From a virus (Duplodnaviria > Caudoviricetes): 50,214 bases of DNA. The first letter of the stretch is position 1. Each line of letters starts with the position of its first letter. Location of the stretch: the IMG/VR virus record IMGVR_UViG_3300044698_000123, positions 1 to 50,214 of that record, one strand, 5' to 3'. The translations under genes were made by a program, and so were the position numbers. Shown here one piece after another: positions 43,407 to 50,214 of the stretch. The notes below the pieces were generated by a model. The model saw only the letters and a list, made by a program, of their open reading frames with translations. It made no database searches and was not told the origin of the DNA.

Positions 43407-43978
43407 CCGGGCCTCCGTGATTGCCTCGCGACGTCGAGGACGAAGAAACCAAACGCGACCCACCGGCACGCTTGATACGTGCCCCAGCGGGCCATGAACT
43501 CGGGATGGATCGGTGAGCCCGGCGGAACAATCGTCGGGATCATCCACAGGTACGCCACCAGCCCGACGAGGAAGTACGTCCAAAGCGGGAGCCGGAGTGT
43601 CTTGGCCTGAAACGCAGCCGCCGCGATCACGACGCCGCCGAACACCGAAATGATCCACTCTGCGGGCGCGGTCGTAACATGGGCCGACACCCACCCGGCC
43701 ACCGCCATGAACGCGAGCAAGAGCGCCCTGGGGATCAGCCCCGGTTGGAAGGCGCAAAGCACGAGCCCGACCTGGACCGGCACGTAGTAGAACGTGACGT
43801 CGAAGCCGCCGCCGAGGAGCTTCATCATGCCGTCCGCGAGGACCGACACCGCGAGCCCGGCCGCGACCCACCAGTAGGCCCCAGTGGGAGCGCGACCCCA
43901 ACCCGCGAGCGAGGCCGCCCACGCGAGCGATACGACCGCGAGGGGGACGACGCCAGACCAGTGGGCGACCCAGTTCAT
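43397..43978 (-). CDS. Polytopic (6-7 TM) membrane protein
   Basis: Hydrophobic throughout; GGAGG RBS within the upstream gene. Confidence 0.8.
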   Translation of the reverse strand: MNWVAHWSGVVPLAVVSLAWAASLAGWGRAPTGAYWWVAAGLAVSVLADGMMKLLGGGFDVTFYYVPVQVGLVLCAFQPGLIPRALLLAFMAVAGWVSAHVTTAPAEWIISVFGGVVIAAAAFQAKTLRLPLWTYFLVGLVAYLWMIPTIVPPGSPIHPEFMARWGTYQACRWVAFGFFVLDVARQSRRPGWA

Positions 43979-43981
43979 GGG

Positions 43982-44272
43982 TCAGGCCACTTCTTCGCCG
44001 GGGCAGAACGGCGGGCACGGGTGCGACACGTTGTACCCCTCGTCGCCGCCGTCCAAGGCCTGGACCTCGCCGCCCTTTGTCGCCTTCTGGATCGTGAAGT
44101 GAACGTCGGGCTCGCCGTCCTTGCCGAGGCCCGGGTAGGCTCGGATGATGGATCCCGGCCCCGCTTCGAGCGCGGCGCCGAGGAATGCCCGCATGTCTTC
44201 CCAGCGCCACCAATAGAACTCGGGCACGATGCGGCTGTTGCTCAGGCGCTCAACGGATGCGGTGCGGCTCAT
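43982..44272 (-). CDS. 96 aa protein ending in a PCPPxC motif
   Basis: AGGAGGAG RBS; IIRAYPG...GYNVSHPCPPFCP. Confidence 0.8.
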   Translation of the reverse strand: MSRTASVERLSNSRIVPEFYWWRWEDMRAFLGAALEAGPGSIIRAYPGLGKDGEPDVHFTIQKATKGGEVQALDGGDEGYNVSHPCPPFCPGEEVA

Positions 44273-44294
44273 GGTACTCCTCCTACGATTAGGG

Positions 44295-44459
44295 TTACTT
44301 GGTGCGCCGCTTCCGCCCACGCGGGCGCGAGTCGCTCGGATACCCGCCCGGAGGCGGATCAGCATACGGCGTGCGGGGACGGTTCTGCCGCCAGCCGAGG
44401 AACCAGACGACGGCGGCCAGTATGACGAGGAGGGCGAGGATGAGGAGCAGGACGGTCAT
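44295..44459 (-). CDS. 54 aa single-TM protein with basic tail (not in the ORF track)
   Basis: MTVLLLILALLVILAAVVWFLGWRQNR...RGRKRRTK. Confidence 0.55.
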   Translation of the reverse strand: MTVLLLILALLVILAAVVWFLGWRQNRPRTPYADPPPGGYPSDSRPRGRKRRTK

Positions 44460-44488
44460 GGGTCAGCGTCTCTTGATGGTGGCTAAAG

Positions 44489-47400
44489 TCACGTCGCGAT
44501 CCCGACACTGTAGGCCACTCGTGAGTGGATGACCGCGCCCGTGGCCTGGACCTTGAGGAGCGCGGTCACTTTGCATTTCGTGGTCACCGGAATCGGGTCG
44601 GCACCACCAGCGCCAGCGCCGCCGAAATTGATGGCGAGCGCGGTCACGGCGTCGGGCGTGGTTTCGGTGTCTGAATCCGAAAGGCCAATGCTCTCCGGCC
44701 ACTCTGCGATGATCTCCATGTCGTGCGTACCGTCCACGACGTTCGAGACCGTCCACGTACCCGTCACGTCCACGCCGCCGACCGTGTCGTCAACGGCCAT
44801 CGCGCTGAGGCTGTCGATCTGCGGATCCGCTCCAGCCAATTCGGTCGGTCGGGTGTACTCGCAGTATTCGACATTCGTGGCTTCCAGCCCGCCGCCGTCC
44901 ACCGCCGTGTAGCCAAGGATTCCGAAGATGACTTTCTCGCCGGGCTCTGGCACTACGGGGATGTCGTCGTAACCGAAAGACACGTCTTCGGCTGTGAACG
45001 TCCGACCGTTGATCGCGTCGCGGGCGCGGATCGCGACCTTGGTTGGCTTCGTCGGGTTCGCACCCACCGCAAAGGCGACCCTCATCGAGACAGTGTCGAA
45101 GTCTCCGGACGCCTCGGGCGCCACGTTGAAGTTGGCATCGGCCACTGCATTGGCGACGACATTCGGACGCGTGCCGGAGTCGAGCCCCGGAGTGATGACC
45201 GGATCGGTGTAGATGGTATCGCCGGCTACGACGGTCTTGATGCGCGCCTGGGCATACGACAACGGGCGCTCGACGATCCCAAACCGAATCGGAGGAGTCG
45301 GGTCCGCGTCGAACACGTAGGTCCCGTCAGCCTCGGGTGTCTGTGACCGGGCCGTCGCCCCACTGAGGTACTCCGCCCATGCGGTCCACTCTTCCGAGCC
45401 GGTTTTGTACTGGTACTCCACCGACTCAGCGATGGCGCCCGGGTCGGACATGCGCAGAACGACCGTGGCGTATCCGCCGCCGTAGGTCAGCGTGAGCGTG
45501 GGACGGTTGGCTTCGGTCACGTTGTTGACAGAGCCTATGAGTACCGATTCCTCTGCCGTCGGTGGAGACACGGGTTCCGTGCCATCAAAATCGGAGCTGA
45601 AAAACAGGCCCAGCTCGAACACATTGCCGCTGACAATCGTGGAGTTGAGGGTATCGAGCGCGGTCTGGTTGAGTTCAAACGTGAAAGCTTCTCCTCCGAC
45701 CAAGTCGGCCACGGCCACCCTGCCTACGCCGTGCTCTACCGGACCGGTCTTGAGCAACTGGTAGTCTCCCGCGATCAGCGACGTGTAGGCCGTGACGGGT
45801 GCGTTCGTGAGGACCAATGACTCGCCATGGTAATCCGGCGTCGTGGACAAACATTTCAGGCTCAGGACCGCAGCCGTCACCTCTGCGTTTTCCGGCAGAT
45901 TGGCGGCTACGTTGTAGAGGAATACGCCTCGGGCTATGGTGCTCCAACTCGACCCGGCATACTTGAACTTCATCTGCACGTTGACGCCGTTGTAGTCGGC
46001 AGCTTCTCCGACTCCGCCGGTTACCTGCGCCCAAGTCCCGAAAGAGCCTCGGTGTACATACCCATCTACTGCCGTGGCATCGGAGTACAACGGTGCTGGC
46101 GTTGTGTCTTCGGTCACGGATTCGAGTACCAGGGACGGGATCAGTGACGTGTCGCCATGGAGCGGTCCAGCGAAAGCAGTGTGCGCCGCGCCGGCGGAGG
46201 CCGCACCATAATAGGTGACGACATAGCCCTCTCGCGTTTCACTCACGTCTAGGTCTGCTTCGGTAGCCGCGCTATCGAGAGCCGTCACGCCGACCTGGTA
46301 CGTGACCTGGCCACCACCCGACAGACCTGAATAGGTCTTGGGGCCAGCCGGGGTTGTGATGACGATCCGCACCACGTCGTCGTCATAGGTGCAGATGAGC
46401 TTCGGTTGGGCCACGTAGTCGTCGAGCGTAACCACGCCGCCGGGCTGACTGTCGAGGTCGCCCGCCGTGGAAATCCAGCGCACCACGCCGTTGCGATCAG
46501 TCAGTTTGCCGTAGTATAGGCGGATGCCGACCTTTGGCAGCGCGAAAGCCGTCAGCGCGGCGTACTCCGTATCCTCGCCGGAGCCCGTCGGACCGATCGT
46601 CTCGCCGGATGCAGCGAACGAATGGGAGAGAATCACAGCGCTGATCGGTGTGTTCTCGTAGATGTCGAGCGTGACCGGGTAGTTGATTACCGCGCCCACG
46701 GTCTCGGCGTAGAGGTCGAGTGTCTTCGCGCTCTTGTCCACGACCACCCACATCTTGCCGTCCACCGCACCCGTAGGTAGGCCCTTGGCCCGGCGCCGCC
46801 ACGAGTAGGGATTGCCCGCCGGCTTGCCCCGAGTGAGGATGCGCGTCTCGCCCACCCCGTTGGCGAATGTGTGCCGGATGCCCGAGACGGCGAAGTCCTG
46901 ATCCGTGTCGTAATGGACGTCGTTGGCGGTGTGCCGGTAGTAGTCGCCCAACTGGACCGGCCAGAAGAAGTCCGTTTCGATCTCGTGGTCGGCGTCCGGG
47001 AACGCCGTGTCCGCAGCCGCGGCGTCCACCATCGCCTGGGCCTCGGCCGCGGTGTCGATGGGGGAATCGTCGCCTTCTTCGATCTCCGCCCAGAGCCGGA
47101 TGTTGAAACGCGCCTGGGAGACCGCGTCTTCCGCCGTCACGGTGGTTCGGTTGCCGGTCCCGGAATCTCGGTAAATAAGCGACCACGCGTTACGCACGTC
47201 AATCAGGTCCACGTCAAGCTTCGTGACGTCGAAATAGTCGTCCTCGTCGAAGGTCCACTGCACCGTCGCGGTCGTGCGGTCCGGCTCGTAGAGCTCGAGC
47301 TGGAAGGCTCCCGCGCTATCGCTCCAACGGTACTCGATGACGTAGCCAATCAGTTCTGCGAGCGCCTGGAGCGCATCCCACACCGGCTGCTTTTCGGCCA

Positions 47401-47974
47401 GGTACTCCGGAGAGATCAGGAACGGGGTGGTGAGAATGCCGGAGCCTGCGGCCACCACCAAGGTGAAGGCCGAACCCGCGTGATCGTCGATGATCGACTG
47501 CATGACGGTTTCGATCGCGACGCCGGCCTCCGAACCGTAGATGGTGTCCGTCTCCACCCAGCGATCGAAGAGGATCCCCGCCCGGTCGCGGCCCGTTATG
47601 ACCATCGGATCCTGGGCAGCTTCCCATCGGTCGATGCGCCCGTCGAAGATCAGCTTCTTGTCCCCGGCCCCGGGCGTGGTCCCATGGGCCACTCGCGCCC
47701 CGTAGACACGTAGGCCCCTACCGAGGTCGATGTCCGTGTTGCTCAGTGGCGAGAGCGTCGCGCCACCGGTGAGGTCGCGGGCGATCTGGATCGTGGCTTT
47801 CGCGATGCGCTCGTTGTTGTCCTGGGTGACCTCTACAGCGTCCTGCCGGTCGAGGCTCAGGTAGTCCGAATAGTCCACCCACGCGTCCACTTCATCCTGG
47901 ATCTCGACCCAGACATATTGCTTCGAGTGGGCGCCACTCAGAACGGCCTGTTCAGGGGCGGTCGAGGTCCTCAC
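44489..47974 (-). CDS. Tail tip / hub-host specificity protein
   Basis: IFDGRID, ITGRD and WDALQALAELIG hub-like N-terminus; beta-rich C-terminus with a DNRLRE-like insert. Confidence 0.8.
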   Translation of the reverse strand: MRTSTAPEQAVLSGAHSKQYVWVEIQDEVDAWVDYSDYLSLDRQDAVEVTQDNNERIAKATIQIARDLTGGATLSPLSNTDIDLGRGLRVYGARVAHGTTPGAGDKKLIFDGRIDRWEAAQDPMVITGRDRAGILFDRWVETDTIYGSEAGVAIETVMQSIIDDHAGSAFTLVVAAGSGILTTPFLISPEYLAEKQPVWDALQALAELIGYVIEYRWSDSAGAFQLELYEPDRTTATVQWTFDEDDYFDVTKLDVDLIDVRNAWSLIYRDSGTGNRTTVTAEDAVSQARFNIRLWAEIEEGDDSPIDTAAEAQAMVDAAAADTAFPDADHEIETDFFWPVQLGDYYRHTANDVHYDTDQDFAVSGIRHTFANGVGETRILTRGKPAGNPYSWRRRAKGLPTGAVDGKMWVVVDKSAKTLDLYAETVGAVINYPVTLDIYENTPISAVILSHSFAASGETIGPTGSGEDTEYAALTAFALPKVGIRLYYGKLTDRNGVVRWISTAGDLDSQPGGVVTLDDYVAQPKLICTYDDDVVRIVITTPAGPKTYSGLSGGGQVTYQVGVTALDSAATEADLDVSETREGYVVTYYGAASAGAAHTAFAGPLHGDTSLIPSLVLESVTEDTTPAPLYSDATAVDGYVHRGSFGTWAQVTGGVGEAADYNGVNVQMKFKYAGSSWSTIARGVFLYNVAANLPENAEVTAAVLSLKCLSTTPDYHGESLVLTNAPVTAYTSLIAGDYQLLKTGPVEHGVGRVAVADLVGGEAFTFELNQTALDTLNSTIVSGNVFELGLFFSSDFDGTEPVSPPTAEESVLIGSVNNVTEANRPTLTLTYGGGYATVVLRMSDPGAIAESVEYQYKTGSEEWTAWAEYLSGATARSQTPEADGTYVFDADPTPPIRFGIVERPLSYAQARIKTVVAGDTIYTDPVITPGLDSGTRPNVVANAVADANFNVAPEASGDFDTVSMRVAFAVGANPTKPTKVAIRARDAINGRTFTAEDVSFGYDDIPVVPEPGEKVIFGILGYTAVDGGGLEATNVEYCEYTRPTELAGADPQIDSLSAMAVDDTVGGVDVTGTWTVSNVVDGTHDMEIIAEWPESIGLSDSDTETTPDAVTALAINFGGAGAGGADPIPVTTKCKVTALLKVQATGAVIHSRVAYSVGIAT

Positions 47975-48330
47975 TCTGCATTCTCCAGGAGGTCGAAAGA
48001 GAGTCGGACGTGCTCCGTGTTCACGCCACCGACCGCCAGCCGCTCGGTCTCCATCTCTCGAATGTTCTCAACCACCGCGCTGAAGCTGCCGCCCATGTCA
48101 CCGGTGCAACTGAGCGGCGGCGTGCCCTTGAGCGCCGCGACGATGGTATTCGCCTCTGCACGGGTGATCCACCGGGTCTCGATGCCTTCCCACACCTTCA
48201 GGTAGCCGCGCACCCGGGACCGTGGAACCCCGCTGAAGGCTCGGCGCACATTGCCGACCGGCTCCTCTCTGGAGTGAGGGGCCCCGATCCTGACCGGGAT
48301 CTCGGTGCTGGCGACGGAGAGGTAGGCCAT
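47971..48330 (-). CDS. Distal tail protein (Dit/gpM-like)
   Basis: 119 aa between tape measure and tail tip; RRAFSG motif. Confidence 0.6.
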   Translation of the reverse strand: MAYLSVASTEIPVRIGAPHSREEPVGNVRRAFSGVPRSRVRGYLKVWEGIETRWITRAEANTIVAALKGTPPLSCTGDMGGSFSAVVENIREMETERLAVGGVNTEHVRLSFDLLENAE

Positions 48331-48336
48331 GGAGGA

Positions 48337-50214
48337 TCAGTAGGTGAGGGCAAAGGCGGTCGTGCCGCCGCGGGATGCGCGCCTGCGAGCCTCGCGCTCC
48401 ATCTCGTCGTAGAATTCACGGGGGTTCTGCACGCCCGTGACGGTGATCGGGCCCGTGACGGTGATGCCTCCGGCCGCGGATCCCGCGGTCGCGGTCGAGT
48501 GCGTGCTACGGCCCGCGTCGGTGGCCCGGAACCGAAGCAGATTCGTCTTCACGCCCGCGGGCACGTTGCGGAGCGCGGCGGCGGTCTCTGCGGCTGCGGC
48601 CCCAAGTTGGTTCACGCCGTCCGTCGCATCCTGCCACTCCATGCCCTTGATTTCGTCGCGGGCCTTGCCCAGTTCTTTCGCGGAGTCCGTGAAGCCCTGG
48701 CCGAGGTCCATCATCTTCTGGCCTGCGTCGATGATCGACTTGCCGGAGATAAAGGGCAGCTTGTCGATGGCCTTGCCGATCGCACGGATCAGCCACCCCA
48801 TCGCCTTCGCCACACCGCCCGCGATCGTGAAGAACACCTCGCCGACGTAGGTCGCGGCGATGACCAGCATCTTGAAGACGGGGAACAGCGCCTTGAGGAT
48901 CGGCATGAGCGCGCGGGCCAGCACCTCGATGATCGGTGTCATAGACACGAGGAAGTCGCCGAGCGCCCGCTGCACGGCCTCCAGGATAAGACCCCAGGGG
49001 TTGAGCGCGGAAAGCACGTTGCCGACGGCACCGGCCATGCTCTTCAGTTTCGAGCCGACGTCTCCCAAGATCTCGCTGGTACGGCTCGGGGCGGGCCTGC
49101 TCCCCCCGAACATCCCGCTCCCACGACCGGCCCGAACGGCAGATCCATCGCCACGCCGGTCGTCTTGGCGGGCAGTCCATGGCCCAAGGTCTGGGGCATC
49201 CGGAAGAATTCTAGTGCGGCCCGCCGTAATGTCTGCGGCGGTGCGGCGCTGTGGATGAAGACCAGACGGAATCAGACTGTCCGCGATCCGCTTTCGAGTT
49301 TCTGCGGGCAAGAACTCATTAAGTGGGCGCCGCCCAGGAAGGGCCAATCCACCCTTCCCGTCAAGGCCTCTTTCTAAGTCATCGATGCGCTCCTTAAACG
49401 CCTCGTCGGATTCACCCGGCCCACCGCCACCCTCGCCCCGCATCGCGGCGGGCAGCTTCGCGTACAGGTCGGGGCGCAGCGAGCGGAGCAGGTCCACGTT
49501 GACGTCGGTGGTGCTGACGGCCTCCGCGTGGAACGCGTTCAGTTCCCGGCGCGCGGCCGCGATCTTGCCGGCGAGCAACCCGAACCCGAGCGCCAGGCCC
49601 GCGGCCGCGAGGATGCCCAGCGGGCCAGCGAGCCATGCCACGTTCATCGCCACCGTCGCCGCGGTCAGGGCCGTTATCGCGGCGGAGAGAGATACCACGA
49701 TCTTGCCAAAGAGCACCATCGTCGCCGCGATGGCCACGAGCTTCAGGTCGCGCAGGGTGATGACATCGACGAATGCGCGGATCTTGGGGACCGCGTCGCC
49801 CATGGCGTTGATCGCGCTGATGATCCCGCTCGATCCCTTCTTCGAGACCTCGAAGAGGTCGCCCCACTGATTTTTCAGGTACGCGAGCGCGCCGCCGAGT
49901 TCCGTGCGCGCGACCTTCGCGGACCCCCCGAATTCCGTCTGAAGCTCTTTCAGGATGACGCTCTGGGCCTCGGCTACCTTGCCGGTGTCCACCAGGCTCT
50001 TGATGAGATCACGCTGGTTTTTGGTGAAGCTCACGCCGACACGCTGAAGCGCCGTCACACCCTTGATCGGGTCGTTGAGCGCCTTGCCGACCTGGATCGA
50101 CGCGCTCTTGAGGTCCACCTCGCCGCCGCCCGCAGCGGCCAACGCTGTGGCCATGTCCAGCACGGCCTCGGTCGCCTGATCGAAGACGCCGCCCTTGATC
50201 TGCGTGAATGTGAG
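48337..50214 (-). CDS. Tape measure protein, 3' part
   Basis: QVGKALNDPIKGVTALQRVGVSFT, LQTEFGGSA, amphipathic repeats. Confidence 0.92.
   Translation of the reverse strand, partial: LTFTQIKGGVFDQATEAVLDMATALAAAGGGEVDLKSASIQVGKALNDPIKGVTALQRVGVSFTKNQRDLIKSLVDTGKVAEAQSVILKELQTEFGGSAKVARTELGGALAYLKNQWGDLFEVSKKGSSGIISAINAMGDAVPKIRAFVDVITLRDLKLVAIAATMVLFGKIVVSLSAAITALTAATVAMNVAWLAGPLGILAAAGLALGFGLLAGKIAAARRELNAFHAEAVSTTDVNVDLLRSLRPDLYAKLPAAMRGEGGGGPGESDEAFKERIDDLERGLDGKGGLALPGRRPLNEFLPAETRKRIADSLIPSGLHPQRRTAADITAGRTRILPDAPDLGPWTARQDDRRGDGSAVRAGRGSGMFGGSRPAPSRTSEILGDVGSKLKSMAGAVGNVLSALNPWGLILEAVQRALGDFLVSMTPIIEVLARALMPILKALFPVFKMLVIAATYVGEVFFTIAGGVAKAMGWLIRAIGKAIDKLPFISGKSIIDAGQKMMDLGQGFTDSAKELGKARDEIKGMEWQDATDGVNQLGAAAAETAAALRNVPAGVKTNLLRFRATDAGRSTHSTATAGSAAGGITVTGPITVTGVQNPREFYDEMEREARRRASRGGTTAFALTY
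50088..50214. repeat. Terminal direct repeat, identical to 1-127
   Basis: Exact 127-nt match. Confidence 0.97.

Noticed and set aside
50088-50214. 127-bp terminal repeat as biological DTR
   Set aside because: It falls inside the tape measure gene and its length matches a common assembler k-mer; the gpA-type terminase and cos candidate point to ends near 21.15 kb

Overview
The window is a complete, circularly assembled genome of a high-GC temperate siphovirus. The unit length is about 50,087 bp, because bases 1-127 repeat exactly at 50088-50214. Almost all real genes are on the - strand, often coupled by ATGA/GTGA overlaps, and most long + strand ORFs are shadows. Reading leftward from the immunity region (~38.2-39.0 kb) the order is: early genes (ERF, lambda-type exonuclease, HNH, pentapeptide-repeat protein, secreted SLT), xis-int-attP, DNA methyltransferases, PolX, an initiator with iterons, and a DnaC-like loader. 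Then come a lambda-like cos, TerS, TerL with a class 3 intein, an HslV-like peptidase, gpW, a lambda-type portal and an S49 protease-capsid fusion. After the capsid gene are a five-gene modification cassette, head-tail genes, tail tube, a frameshifted chaperone, tape measure (spanning the contig join), Dit, a tail-tip protein, a run of membrane genes, holin, M15 endolysin and a spanin-like gene. The best candidates for new biology are three. (1) A capsid-adjacent cassette has two LicD paralogues (one with an FKRP-like Cys4 motif, fused to a glycosyltransferase), a TagD-like cytidylyltransferase and two methyltransferases, suggesting polyol-phosphate glycan decoration of the virion. (2) A small protein ending in PCPPxC, a polytopic membrane protein and a TM/coiled-coil stub head the lysis region, possibly forming a phage signal-receptor module. 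(3) The attP candidate lies inside the lytic operon, so integration would disconnect the replication genes from the early promoter. All family assignments come from motif recognition by eye; no database search was run and the host is not determined.
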